64,000 nucleotides of DNA. Origin: Eledone cirrhosa (lineage: Eukaryota). This document shows positions 39,961 through 54,559 of the stretch, one piece after another. Location: the NCBI GenBank assembly GCA_964016885.1, contig OZ024741.1, forward strand, positions 348,502,001 through 348,566,000, written 5' to 3'. The notes beneath the pieces were generated by a model. It saw only the letters and a list, made by a program, of their open reading frames with translations, was not told the DNA's origin and made no database searches. The position numbers and the translations under genes were made by a program. Positions within the stretch are counted from its first letter, which is position 1, and every line of letters starts with the position of its first letter.

Positions 39961-42091
39961 AACGTACGTTAGAATTGTGTTTGATTATTGATTGATTGGG
40001 GTAACAAGATACATCATAGGTAACTCACAATTATTTTTTCCTACTTTCTTTTGTAAAAATCAACCTAGCGATGAATAGATTTGCAAGAGATTCGCTTGAG
40101 TTTTATTGTAGGCTCCGGAAGAACCTTTTGAAGCTTGGGTCGTTCAGGAAGATCCCATGCCCGTCATTCACATATTCGAAAGTATCCTTACACTAATAGT
40201 ATTGTCATTGCTACAATGAAATACAGAAGCTGTTGCGGTTCTTATCGTATGCCTGGTGAATTACTTCAGGAGAAACAGACTGAGCTTTCAGAACTTTCTA
40301 TTCAGGATCTCTTCTTTTTGGTTGTGTATTTACATACATTTCTTCAAAATCACATAAGTCAATACGTGCCTTATATTTAAAATGTATTTATTATTGCAGA
40401 GGAAAGAAAAATTGCCTTCTATTTCTAGCACGCCGATTGATTTGGTAGATAGCTTCTACTTATTTCCTTTTAATTAGTACTTTTTTCTTTTGTTTTGCTG
40501 GGATTTTCTTATCGTTCTAAGTTCTTAAAGAAAGCAATATACCGTGAGGAGAAAGAAAAAATTGAATGTTTTATGTTTCGGTCTCAATGTAGCCATGAAT
40601 GAAATAACACCACTCACACTAATGTGATAATTTCATAGCTTTAATGTCCATCGAGACTACTTATCAGTGAATTGACATCATTGCTAGTAGAAGTAAAGTC
40701 TATTCTGATGTTTTGTTAGTGTCTCGGTTGTTTTAGCATTAAGATCAATACATGTTAACATTATGTTTGCTCTAAGATATTGTAATATTACATCTATGAC
40801 TATTTGCGTTTCCAATATTGTTTACTGTTTCAAATTCTTTTTGTTTACTGGTAGTTAGTTTGTTAGAATTGGATGAATATAATATTCCCCCAAACTTGAG
40901 TTTAATAGAAATGTTCTGCTTGAAATTTTATTTAAGTTTCCAATTAATATACTTTTGTGCAGAGTGGGTTTCAACATATATTGGCAATAATTTCTCGTAT
41001 GTCTCCTCAAATTATATTTTGACGTTTAGTAATATTTTGTTTTTGTGGTTCTCAAATTCCTGCTCCGATGCTATCTTAAAATGAAGATTAAAAATTTCCA
41101 TTTGTGGAGAGCAAAATGTAAACGTTAATTAAAGACGTTGAATCATGCACTTTTATCAAGACAATTTGGATTGTAAATAAATTAATGAATAAAATGAAGC
41201 ATAGCAATGGTAAAGCGATGTGGTGAAGTTTTATCCTGGCATTTCCATAACTCAACTACAGACTAGCAAACAGTGGATTTGTACTCAATTATTATTATTA
41301 GGTAGTGATGGAGTAGAAGGAATATATTTATATTTGAAACTACACATTGAATCAATTAATAATTAAACATTCACAAAAAACTATCATATTTACAAGCGCA
41401 AAACAGAATTCCATATGTATATATTGAAAGTGAAAAATGCATAACTTCAAACACGTGATTAATACACCTGCTCCATAACATTTGTTGAGCTCAGAAATAA
41501 GCTGACTTACAGAGATCGTTTTCACTACTGTGAATAAGAACAACATACTGTATCACGAAAAAAAAAAAAAAAAAATGCTGGAAAAAGATATTCTGAAATA
41601 TTTACTTTCGTAGAGTAATGGTGCCTTGTTTATAGTTGTAGGATGTTGCCATCTCTACTTCGGGTCTCAAATAAGAAGAATTAGATGTTATCAGTGCAAG
41701 GAGAATACAAATCTGCATATTACAAGATCGTAAATAGGTATACGTATGTGGGAAGTGTACAAATTTTATTTGTTAATAAAATTTAAAATAAACTAAAGTT
41801 TCTAATAAGATTGATTGATTTCCAATATTAATAATCCATGTATCCGTGGTCTATTGGATAACAAGTTTACAAAAGTTTATTTTTTTAGCATATTTTCAGG
41901 GTTGACTCCAGTGTGGTAAGTGGTATACATCCACGAATGATATAAGTTATACCATATATACATTTTAATAAGCGTATTGAAGGTTTAGACGTGTATGAAA
42001 TTGTATTTATTTTGCTTTTAATTGAGCTATTTATTGTTATTCCCTCCAATCGACCAAATGTAAAACAATTTCCATATAAGATATAAATACC

Positions 42092-42146
<55 letters not shown>

Positions 42147-42809
42147 TCTCTCTCCACACACACACATATATATATATGGAAAGAGAGATTCTTAGGAAAT
42201 ATAATGAATCACGAACGCAGAATATAACTGTGTATACAATCGATTACAGTAAATAGGTTTTAAAATCGGTTAAATTACCTCTACAGAGGGAGAGAGTTGC
42301 TACCATAATTATTTTATATTCGTTTTACACGATGCTCAAGTGTGTTTGTTAATATTAAAATATAACTACCTATTTATCGAATGTACTGAGTTCGTGAAAG
42401 AAATACTACTAATGTGTAGAGGGTATTGAGTCGGGACTGCCGAGTTTCGAAGGGATGTCGAGTGCATTGGATCGCAGCACTACCACTGCCTCATAGAGAT
42501 TGTATTGTGCATTTCAACGTAGATCCAGAATGCATTTGAAGTTGTGAGCTCCTCAGTAATCTGAGTGGTTGCGTGATATTTTGTATTTGGTGTTTTGAAC
42601 AAATATGTCTGGGTGACTCTCTGTTTCATATAATCATCTCCCTACCATGGCTCTTTTGTTCCAGAAATATTAATTGGTCTGATTTATTCAGTTTATTATG
42701 CTAAATTATTTCTGTGAGTTATATTCTATCTGTATATGTTATCTATTCGACGAGATATCTAAGTAATAGAGTAAATTAAATTTTAATTCATGATATATAT
42801 ATATATATA

Positions 42810-43185
<376 letters not shown>

Positions 43186-43398
43186 TGTTGAAATCTCTTG
43201 CAAAACTGTTGGTGCTGGCGTTTTCTGTATGATTTATTTTTTTAGAAATGTGGATGATGGGTCGCGTCTTCCTTAAATGGAAAAAAATAACGTTTTGTAA
43301 AAAGCGCTATACTTGTGCACGTGCGTAAGCATGTGTGTGTGCGTGTGCGTGCGTGTGTGTGTGTGTGTGTGTGTGTGCGTGCGTGTGTGTGTGTGTGT

Positions 43399-43506
<108 letters not shown>

Positions 43507-43694
43507 TATTATACGTCCGTACGAAGCTAAGAAGAAATCTATATATGTATGTATTAGAATTAAAGTTTCTTCGGCATAGCTGTATACATATATAAATTGA
43601 AATTTCTATCCAATCTTCAAAAAATACATCATGGCCAATCGCCTGTATATCTAGCTAAACCTATCTAAAATCTCTCTCACTCTCTCTCTCTCTC

Positions 43695-43774
<80 letters not shown>

Positions 43775-43885
43775 CATATATATATATACAGGTGCATATT
43801 TGACTTAATCACCTTCTTTAGCTTGCTCGCTCCTCTTTTATTCTCATTCTATCTCATTTTTCTTTAGTTCTTGATTTCTATGTTA

Positions 43886-43917
<32 letters not shown>

Positions 43918-43959
43918 CATATATATATGTATGTGTCTGTGTGTATGTGTGTATGTGTG

Positions 43960-44029
<70 letters not shown>

Positions 44030-44037
<8 letters not shown>

Positions 44038-44175
44038 TAAAAAAATAATGAATAAAACAATGAAACAGTTCTTTATATTAAACAAAAAAAGTTCATTATT
44101 TAACGATCGTTTCTAGGATATATATGTGTTAGAATTGGCATGCATATTCAACAGATCCATGTACAAAAAGATTTA
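44030..44175 (-). mobile_element. Family H pLTR fragment
   Basis: CGATCGTTTCTAGGATATATATGTGT is shared with 59643-59670 and the reverse complement of 56545-56570. Confidence 0.7.
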
Positions 44176-44208
44176 TCTACATATATATATATATATATAC
44201 ACACACAT

Positions 44209-44260
<52 letters not shown>

Positions 44261-44530
44261 TTGCATATAGGTAAGTATGTGTTACTTTGTATACATGTAA
44301 GCATATATGTATACATGCATGCATATGTATGTATGTATATATATACACATATAATATTGCTTGTCTTTTTGCACACGAATAACGAAGAGTTCAAATTTTT
44401 TTTCATATCATATTATTCGTTCTTTGATCTCAAAGTAGGCAAAAATATCTTTAGCAATGTCATGAGTAACATAAACTCTGGCGAGCTCAGCTTGTTCATT
44501 GGTACGGCATCATAATATTCAACAGAATCT

Positions 44531-44570
<40 letters not shown>

Positions 44571-44571
44571 C

Positions 44572-44646
<75 letters not shown>

Positions 44647-44668
44647 GGTAGTAGTAGTAGCAGTAGTG

Positions 44669-44702
<34 letters not shown>

Positions 44703-44739
44703 CAGAGGCAGTAGTAGTAGTAGTAGTAGTAGTAGTAGA

Positions 44740-44816
<77 letters not shown>

Positions 44817-44835
44817 TAGTAGTAGTAGCAGAGGC

Positions 44836-44885
<50 letters not shown>

Positions 44886-44998
44886 CAGTAGTAGTGTTGG
44901 TGGTGTTGGTGATGATGGTTGTAGTAGTAGTCGTGGCTGTAGTAGTAGTGGTGGTTGTAGTAGTGGTGGTTGTAGTAGTAGTGGTAGTGTTGATGTTG

Positions 44999-45056
<58 letters not shown>

Positions 45057-45105
45057 CAGCAGCAGCAGCAGTCGTACTAGTAGTAGTAGTAGTAGTAGTA
45101 GTTGT

Positions 45106-45137
<32 letters not shown>

Positions 45138-45197
45138 TAGTAGTAGTAGCAGCAGCAGCAGTAGTAGTAGTAGTAGTAGTTGTAGATGTAGTTGTAG
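44531..45197. repeat. Long (GTA)n/(GCA)n/(GTG)n triplet array
   Basis: About 670 bp of in-phase triplets. Confidence 0.98.
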
Positions 45198-45560
45198 GAT
45201 TTAATTAATTTTATTTTCTTTCTCTCAATTCTGAAAATATATTTCCATAGCAAATCTTTCTGAAATACGTGGGTATGTGTATGTGCGTCCATGCATGTCC
45301 ATATGTTGTGTGCGGACTATTCAGAGTGGGAGTGCATTTTGGTTAAGTTCCACGATATTGTCTCTCTCTTTCTGACAATGCTTCACCAAAACTGTCTCTT
45401 TCTTTTTCTCTGTAGCCTTCTCTCTCTCTCTCTCTTCATTGCTATTTCTTTCTTTCTTTCTTTTTTTTTCTTCTCACTCTCTTTCGCTCCCTTTCTCTGT
45501 CTTTTTTTCTCTTCCTCTCTATCTCTCTCTCTCTCTTTCTCATATTGCGTTTTCGTCTCT

Positions 45561-45633
<73 letters not shown>

Positions 45634-45807
45634 CCGTATTGTATTTCTTTCTATATATCTTTCAAATTTTACCTGCATTAATTTACCTCTCTCTTTCTCC
45701 CTGTGTCTCTCACTCTCTCACTTTCTCTCTCACACTCTCCCTCTCTCATTCTCTTTCTGAAGAATTTCTGTTTGCTCTAGCCACTGAGCTAAAGGACGTC
45801 AGATATC

Positions 45808-45875
45808 TCTTAGATTAATGGTAGAACCTTAGCGGGTATCTGAGAGATACAAGGTTTGATTCCTCGTTGCACCCT
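45808..45875 (+). other. Degenerate tRNA-like sequence (head of another SINE or a tRNA pseudogene)
   Basis: A-box-like TAGATTAATGGTAGA and B-box-like GGTTTGATTCC at tRNA spacing; no clean cloverleaf. Confidence 0.4.
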
Positions 45876-46097
45876 CTGGCAATTTCTTGTATCGTCTCTA
45901 CAACTATGTTTGAACATCCTACACCTGTTAATGCATGTTCACGATTCGGAAATTTGAAAATCTTCACATTCGACGTTCGCCTATATATATATATATATAT
46001 AGTAATAATAATAAATTTGAAGACTAAAATTCAAAGAGGGCTCGATTCTTTACTAAAACTTTAATCTGTTATTTTAATAAATATATATATATATATA

Positions 46098-46684
46098 GTT
46101 AGGAAAGCAGAAAATAGCTTATTGTAATGTAGTTCGTGGTTAAGACAGCCAGGTTCATGGACTGTTTCAACGTACGGTTAGGGTAACTCCACAAGTTTGT
46201 AAGAATCACGTTCAATCTTGGAGTATAAAGGATAAAAGAGAAAACGCAGGTAAGCATTAAAAAAAGGATTTTATCCAGGTGTTTACGACCGTTTCATTGG
46301 TAAGTGCAACCTTATATTGCTATACTGCAAATACCATCCACTCAATAATAATTGTTGTACACGTCCAAATTTTCAAAATAGTGAATAAGTTACTCTTAAC
46401 AAGTTCTTAATATATAGAAAAAGATTTTTGGAATTGTATTTGCTAGTATAGAGAGAGAGGAAGAGGAATGAGAAAGTGGAGGGATAAAGGGAGTAGTATA
46501 GAGAGAGAGGAGGGGGGAGAGAATTCGGAAGTATGGTGACAAACTGTGATGGAGGGAGTGGTAGAGGCGGAAGGAATCTTTGATCAGTTTTGATATATGT
46601 AGACATGATGTCGTCGATTTAGAGTGTAGTGGGTTAAAGAGAATTACATTTTTTATAGTGGGAGGGATGGAGAGAGAGAGAGAG

Positions 46685-46756
<72 letters not shown>

Positions 46757-46977
46757 GGTGAGAGATAGAGAGAAATATAAAAAAATAAATAAATAAATAA
46801 AATAAAGATGGTGAGCCGGAGAGAAAGAAGATTGCTTTTCGTTTTCTTTTCGTATTCTTCCTTTCTTCTCTCCCCTTTTTTTATGTATTTTCTTTTCTTC
46901 TTTCTCTGCCCTCCCTCTTCTTTATTTTATTTATCTATATTTTTTATATATATATATTTACCTCTCTATCTCTCGTC

Positions 46978-47054
<77 letters not shown>

Positions 47055-47495
47055 CCTCCCACTATAAACAATTTAATTCTCTTTAACTCACTACTCTCTA
47101 AATCGACGACATCATGTCTACATATATCAAAACTGATCAAAGATTCCTTCCACATCTACCCCTCCCTCCAACACAGTTTGTCACCATACTTCCTAATTCT
47201 CCTCCTCCTTTCTCTCTCTCTATACTACTCCCTTTGTCCCTCCACTTTCTAATTCCTCTTCCTCTCTCTCTATACTAGCAAATACAATTCCAAAAAATAT
47301 TTTTCTATATATTAAGAACTTGTTAAGAGTAACTTATTCACTATTTTGAAAATTTGGACGTGTACAACAATTATTATTGAGTGGATGCTATTTGCAGTAT
47401 AGCAATATAAGGTTGCACTTACCAATGAAACGGTCGTAAATACCTAGATAAAATCCTTTTTTTAATGCTTACCTGTGTTTTCTCTTTTATCCTAT
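46098..47495. mobile_element. Large fold-back element (family J; arms ~46225-46800 / ~46920-47495) with terminal tail 46098-46225
   Basis: Arms over 450 bp including (GA)n/(CT)n, with TA on both flanks. Retains GAAA CGGTCG TA; the 5' half of the core is not recognisable. Confidence 0.88.
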
Positions 47496-47508
47496 ATATA
47501 TATATATA

Positions 47509-48005
47509 TAAAATAAATTAAAATAAAGTCAAATGTTTAAAATTTAGCTTCGTTTATTACTGCTTTATATATTTCGGTGACAGCCATCTTTGGCTGTGAC
47601 CTCTTCAGGCAGTCCGAATTAATGTGGTATAGACAAGTACATATGTTGTTGAGGTGTATAATGTTGTCAATACTCTGATATGCCCAGTTCCTGGTTGGGT
47701 TGTTATTTTCCTCATTGAAATAACAACCCAACCAGGAACTGGGCATATCAGAGTATTGACAACATTATACACCTCAACAACATATGTACTTGTCTATACC
47801 ACACTAATTCGGACTGCCTGAAGAGGTCACAGCCAAAGATGGCTGTCACCGAAATATATATAGCAGAATTAAACGAGGCTACATTTTAAACATTTGACTT
47901 TATTTGACTTTATTTTACTTTATTTTACTCCGGAGTAACCAAACCAACCTGCGCACTTCGTCGAGTGCTCCAGCCTGCATACTGAGGTGTTGGTATTCAA
48001 CCAAT
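47509..48005. mobile_element. Young fold-back element (~200-bp arms, 9-nt loop 47709-47717) plus 3' tail
   Basis: Near-identical arms with TA on both flanks. Confidence 0.92.
47814..47866 (+). ncRNA. Canonical type I hammerhead ribozyme motif
   Basis: CTGC CTGAAGA GGT-C-ACAGCCA AAGA TGGCTGT-C-ACC GAAA TATATA T A GCAG: full core, G10.1-C11.1, palindromic stem III, 4-bp stem I. Confidence 0.88.
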
Positions 48006-48019
48006 ATATACTCAATATA

Positions 48020-48097
<78 letters not shown>

Positions 48098-48157
48098 ATA
48101 TATATGAAATATATATATTTATGTGTATAATTATATATAACCATATATATATAAATT

Positions 48158-48240
<83 letters not shown>

Positions 48241-48749
48241 GTATGTATATATTTATATGTGTATATATATGTGTGTGTGGGTGTGTATTTATTTATATAT
48301 ATAAATACATATATATGTGTTCGTGAGTGTATTTATCTATGTATCCGTATCTATATACACAAGTACATATTTGTGCATATGTATTTACATACATATAACA
48401 TCTCTCCGTCTATCTACTTTTACGGTTCCTTTTTTTGTATTCACCGTATCTATTTCTCTTTTCTCTCACCTTCTCTCGATCTTTCTCTCTACCTCTCATT
48501 CTTCCGATCGATTTTCTATATTTCAGGTATTAATCTATTCACCCTTTTTTCAACCAATTAACAGAGCTAACATATCCTTGAGGCGTTCTCCGTTGGTTAA
48601 TTCGGGAGTAAGATATTAACTTCTTTTTTGTATAAATTTTTCCATTAGTTTAGGCTCAACTTTTTCTGCCTTCCGGATTTTATGATATAACAAAGCATCT
48701 TTGATGTGTTTACCTTGGCATTGTATCAATTTATACCGACTTCTTTGTA

Positions 48750-48791
<42 letters not shown>

Positions 48792-48820
48792 TTATATATA
48801 TATATATATATGTGTATATA

Positions 48821-48877
<57 letters not shown>

Positions 48878-48933
48878 ATACATATACATATATTCATAAA
48901 TAAGTATATATATATATGAACGTATATATATAC

Positions 48934-49024
<91 letters not shown>

Positions 49025-49049
49025 TGTATATATATATATATATATATGA

Positions 49050-49143
<94 letters not shown>

Positions 49144-49580
49144 GCGTGCGTACATATGTCTATACCACGTATCTTGTCTGATAATATGGAGTCATCAAAT
49201 TGTATACATACTATTGTTTTTGTATAGAGATTTATTTTCTGTCCTGTTATTTTTTTTCCCTCCACAATCTTTCGAGAATTTCTATTATTTGTTAAGGTTT
49301 TCTTCACCAACTTTACAAAGATAATTAGCATATGAATTAAAATTAATAATCTGCTTCTGGACATTATACGAACATTCGCAAGATCCACAGAAACACAGTT
49401 GTTAACCATATATATGTCTCTCTCCTTCTTTATCTCTCTCCCTCTTTATCTATTTCTCTCGTTATCTGTTCCTCTCTCTGTAAATATACATATGTTTATG
49501 TGTGTTTGTTAGTGTGTATATATATATATGTGTGTGTGTGTGTATATCTCGCCCCCTTCTCTCTCCCTCTCTCTCTCTCT

Positions 49581-49627
<47 letters not shown>

Positions 49628-49629
<2 letters not shown>

Positions 49630-49840
49630 GTAAAAAATTGACCGGGAACAAAACAGAGAGGCAGTACGAACAAAAGTTTATTAGTTTCACGCTCTTGAGA
49701 GTGGGGTGGTGGTGGGGAACGACGTTTCGGGCATAAGCCCTTCTTCAGATAAAAAGTGTGTGGGAAGAGAGTTCCAAGGGTGTGTAGGGGAGTTGCGGAG
49801 AAACATAAAGAAAAAAGGGGGTGAGAGGAAACACGGTACA
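49628..49840 (-). mobile_element. Family E solo pLTR with minimal hammerhead (49719-49750)
   Basis: AT CTGAAGA A GGGC TTAT GCCC GAAAC GTC GT is the classic minimal Penelope-type hammerhead. Confidence 0.85.
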
Positions 49841-49898
49841 TATATATATGCAGAGAGAGAGAGAGAGGCACACACACACACACATATATATACACTCA

Positions 49899-49980
<82 letters not shown>

Positions 49981-49984
<4 letters not shown>

Positions 49985-52400
49985 GTGAGTTTTATTGTAG
50001 CAAAATAAAGCAATGCAAATATCGGATAAGTAGCACTCTACAGTTTGTAGGACTGTAAAAACAATGAGATGATATCTGCGTATTCCGCCGATCAAATAGG
50101 GATACATGATATGAAGGTTAAAAAACACTTGTGAATAGTGAAATTTTAAATCAACATATCAAAAATAATTTAAGATTGATGTGTGATATTGGGAAAAAGT
50201 GAGGGGGTGGAAAGGGTAAGGAAGAGGAGGAAATGAGAGTAAAGAATGGTGGGGGAGGAGTATAAGAACGAAGGATGAGAGAGAAGGAGAGATTGGTGAT
50301 AGAGAGAGAGAGAGATAGCCTTTACAACTGAGAAACATATATATTGTCTCACAGAGAGAAGTTAAAAAGCCGTTGGAAGGTAATAGATAATTTAAAAGGA
50401 TTTAAATCTATAGTAAGATATTTAACAAACATACAATCAAATTTTCCTATTCTACCTCCTCCAACATCTCTAACATTATCTCTAAACACAACAATAAAAT
50501 ATTAAATATTAAATCACATCCTTCCAACACTGAGTGTCATAATAATAGCAGTAGTACTCCCGACGTCATTGTTAACTCTAGGCTAGATTCTGCAAATTCA
50601 AATACAACGTCAAACGTAACTTTGTTGAATGTTCATAATACCAATCTAAATCAGGAAACTATTATTCCTATCGTAAATAACTTCTCCAATCCAATTCCTC
50701 CTATAAATAACACTAGGTCACTTGTTAATAGCTCTGTTAATTTCTTTAATCGCAATTGTAATTGCCCTGTTAAAACTAAATGTCCTCTCAATAACCATTG
50801 TCTTGAAAAAAACTTAGTCTATGAATGTAAGGTTATAACTGATACGAATTCCTTTACCTATTTCGGTTCCACTTCCACCTCCTTCAAAGCGAGATTTTAT
50901 AATCACAATTCGTCTTTTAGATACCAACTTAAAAGAACTAACACGGCACTCTCAGAAATCATATGGTCCTTGAAAGACAAAAAATATTAACTATAACATC
51001 TCTTGGAGGAAAGTTTGTTCTGCCTCTCCCTACTTGAATGCCTCCCTATCCAGAACGTGTAATCTTTGCCTATCTAAGAAATTTACAATTATATCTAACT
51101 TAGATTCTATAATAAATAGACGCACTGATTTATTTTCTCTATGCTTGCATAAATTCCTCAGAACATTCCATAAAGTATACAGCTAATATCTAATACTTTA
51201 CTAGTTTAAAATCCTTTTTCTCAAAGGCTTATATATATATTTTTTAAATATACCCATCTTTCTACCTCATTTCAATATTATTTATTATATATTATATAAT
51301 ACAAGTTACTCATTCTATATCATTCCTCTTTATCACTTTCCTTTCTTCTACTTTTCTTTTTTCTTTTTAATTTCTAACCTCTAATCTGTACTTTTTCTTC
51401 CTAACTACTTCTCAATTCTTATTATTACTCACCACAACATATCCACTCTTCCATCTTTCTTCATTTCATTGGCCATAAACATTATTATTATCTTTTAAAT
51501 ACATTATAATATTACCTTTAATAGTCCTTCGTAAACAAATATTTTTTTACGTTAGATTTTTCTTCCTTAAGTTCCTTATCTCTTCCTTTCATGCTCGTTT
51601 GACTTTTATATACTACATATTACAATACATAAAAACACACTTAAACCCTAACTAATTTCCTTTAATATATTATATTATTACCATTAGAAAATATTTCGTA
51701 AACATATATATTTTGATGTTAGATATTTTCTCCCTCAAACATTATTTTCTTCTTTGCTTTCTGCGCTCATTTTGAAACAAACTTTTTACACATATTACGC
51801 ACACATATTACATTACATAAAAACAAACTTAAACACTAACTAATTCCTCTAAATTCATAACTCATCCACTCTTCTACTTCTGTTCACATTATATCCTTAA
51901 TAACATTAATATTTTTATTTTAATAATACATATTAACAATTTCTTTTTCTCGCACATATTATTAAACCCTTCAATATACAAACCTTAATTTAATTTAATA
52001 TTATTCTTAACCCCTTTTTCCCTTCATCAACTTTTAATTTCAAATTCTTTTAAATTATCTATTATCTTCCTACGGCTTTTTAACTTCTCTCTGTGAGACA
52101 ATATATATTTTTCTCAGTTGTAAAGGCTATCTCTCTCTCTCTCTCTCTCTCTATCACCCATCTCTCCTCCCCTCTCATCCTTCCTTCTTATACTCCTCCC
52201 CCCACCATTCTTTACTCTCATCTTCTCCATTTCCTTACCCTTTCCAACCCCTCACCCCTCACTTTTTCCCAATATCACACATCAATCTTAAATTATTTTT
52301 CATATGTTGATTTAAAACTTCACTATTCACAATTGTTTTTTAACCTTCATATCATGTATCCCTATTTGATCTGATGAAAACGCAGATATCTTCTCATGAT
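49981..52400 (+). mobile_element. Penelope-like element: GIY-YIG fragment between inverted pLTRs (~50090-50410 / ~52035-52395)
   Basis: 50740-51186 encodes CNC..KCPLNNHCLEKNLVYECKV...YFGST..FKARFYNH..SF...TALSE..W.LK / W......PY....CNLCL....INRR, with one frameshift. Confidence 0.9.
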
Positions 52401-52464
52401 GATATTTGTTTTTGAAATACGCATAATAAAATACATGGAACTCTTTTAACCATCTTTTGATCTG

Positions 52465-52544
<80 letters not shown>

Positions 52545-53715
52545 ATACATATCTAACTACCCCCCACCCACCATCTCTATTTCTCTATATATATGGTTTG
52601 ATCTGTAGCAGTGTCTTCAGACTGGTCCCAGATTATTTACTTTTAGGAGCCTTTCGCTCCCCTCTAGGACGATGCGTTCGAAGATCCATCACATGGATGG
52701 CAGCATCTCAGCAATGCGGATTATGTGTGTCTTTTTTTCATGTTAGAGGGAACAAAAAAATGTACGTTTTGCAGAGGGCCATAGAATAGTTTTTGCAAGT
52801 GCCACGTTATTGAAGAACACCGAGATGTTCGCAAACTGCTTGCTCCTTGGCACGGGTTGGATCTCTTGGATGTCTTGGATCAAACCCTTCAGAGGTGCCT
52901 CCATGTGTGATAGGGGGAGGGGAGCTCCTGCTTGTTGGACTTACTGCCAATACATCTATATGTGAGAATTTTTATTTCTGTTGCTGGCAACACCTTATTT
53001 TGTCAACTCTTATGAGCTTGGCTGCCTGATGTGAAGATTTTTCATTTCATGTAATGTCCATTTGAAACAAGTCCACAGATCTTCCTGCAGTTGCTGCGAA
53101 TGGAAATTTGTTGATATTACTGTTATTCTTGTTAATGTATTTGCTCCTGTTGCCGTTGCCTTTGTTGGTTCTTTCGTGTTCCTTGTCTCTGTCCAAGTTG
53201 TTGTTGCTGCTCCTCTTGTTGTTGTTAACGAGAGTGGCGTTGTTGTTTGTAGTGGTAGGATAACGGAGGAAACATTGGTAACGTTGATTATGGTGACGCT
53301 GCTATATTCCTTTGTATTAGAGCTTGATTCGTGACAGCTGGCTGAAAGAGAAGGGACCTTTCACCTCTATATTTAAATGCTTGTGAGTGTGACGATAAAT
53401 AAAATAAAGTTAAAATATTATTGGGGCAACCTTCTCCATAGAAAAGGCTACTGTTTTATATCCTAATGGAAAAATATGATTACAACAAAATGCCCATTAA
53501 ACTGTATGAAAACAAGCAAACCTACAGGAGTGGTGTGTACACACACATCTAGAAAGACTCAATTACAAAGATGATAATAAGGAGCAAAAACGAAGTGCCA
53601 GTATAACAACACTGTGTATTCACCAGTGTCGAGGGTTTCGGAGTCAATCGACTCATAATAGTACGGTCGAGACTGGAATCGAGAGAATGTTATAACTACA
53701 CACACACACATACAC

Positions 53716-53768
<53 letters not shown>

Positions 53769-53866
53769 GAAATGAAGTAATTCCGTCGGAAAGGTCCAGG
53801 AAAAAAGACTGCTCTATGTAGGTTACAGAGTTTATTAGTTATGTAATAAACAACATAAGATAATTA

Positions 53867-53927
53867 TTTCATTTACCAGTGGTTTCTTGAAAGCAAGCAA
53901 AATTTACTTTCAATCATCAGAATGAAA
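53867..53927 (-). ncRNA. Type I hammerhead ribozyme motif
   Basis: TTTCATT CTGATGA TTGAAAG..CTTTCAA GAAA CC ACT GG T A AATGAAA: 7-bp stem I, GUA triplet. Confidence 0.85.
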
Positions 53928-54177
53928 AAAACCTGGTGTATTTATTGACAGTGTATTTTAAAAACAAAAATATAATCTATATGAAAGTGAGGGTGGAAAA
54001 GGAAGAAGGAAAGGAAAAAGAATAAATATAAAAGTACGTGTGTGTGCGTGTGTGTGTGTGTGTGTTTATCTACTGTTATATTTATTCTTTTTTCTTTTCC
54101 TTCCTTTTCCACCCTCACTTTCATATAGATTTTATTTTTATTTTTAAAATACACTGTCAATAAATACACCAGGATTT

Positions 54178-54238
54178 TTTCATTCTGATGACTGAAAGCA
54201 AATGTTGCTTGCTTTCAAGAAACCACTGGTAAATGAAA
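54178..54238 (+). ncRNA. Type I hammerhead ribozyme motif (mirror copy)
   Basis: TTTCATT CTGATGA C TGAAAGCAA..TTGCTTTCA A GAAA CCACTGG T A AATGAAA; the 10.1-11.1 pair is mismatched. Confidence 0.8.
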
Positions 54239-54285
54239 TAATTATCTTATGTTGTTTATTACATAACTATATACATATATATATA

Positions 54286-54474
54286 GGAAAGGAGTCAGGA
54301 CCCCGAAGGCTGAGCTCTGGCCGTTTCAACAACTAGATATGTCCGGCTCTAGCTGTTGAAACGGCCAGAGCTCAGCCATCAAGGACCTGACACTTTTGCT
54401 ACTACCGACTCTACTACCCTAAGTGTCGAGTACTCTGGTACGCTATAGTCCACCTAGATCTTACCACACTTTCG

Positions 54475-54476
<2 letters not shown>
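54286..54476 (+). mobile_element. Family C fold-back element
   Basis: GGCTGAGCTCTGGCCGTTTCAACA / TGTTGAAACGGCCAGAGCTCAGCC inverted pair plus tail. Confidence 0.8.
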
Positions 54477-54558
<82 letters not shown>

Positions 54559-54559
54559 A

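Larger units (their letters stand above)
53762..54270. mobile_element. Fold-back element (arms 53836-54037 / 54071-54269) plus tail 53762-53835
   Basis: ~200-bp arms, TA on both flanks, a hammerhead in each arm. Confidence 0.92.

Noticed and set aside
40070-40330. GC-richer island: possible exon (APEEPFEAWVVQEDPMPVIHIFE) or DIRS recombinase remnant on the minus strand
   Set aside because: Weak donor site on the plus strand, multiple stops on the minus strand; I cannot discriminate by eye.
44636-45208. 190-aa poly-Val ORF
   Set aside because: Read-through of a (GTA)n triplet array; no coding signal.
48620-48750. Possible GIY-YIG C-terminal remnant on the minus strand
   Set aside because: Too short and diverged to support.
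52830-53700. Possible Ty3/gypsy gag-protease or LTR remnant on the minus strand; Thr-rich open stretch
   Set aside because: Only vague motif resemblance, with no paired LTRs or catalytic motif. A profile search would be needed.
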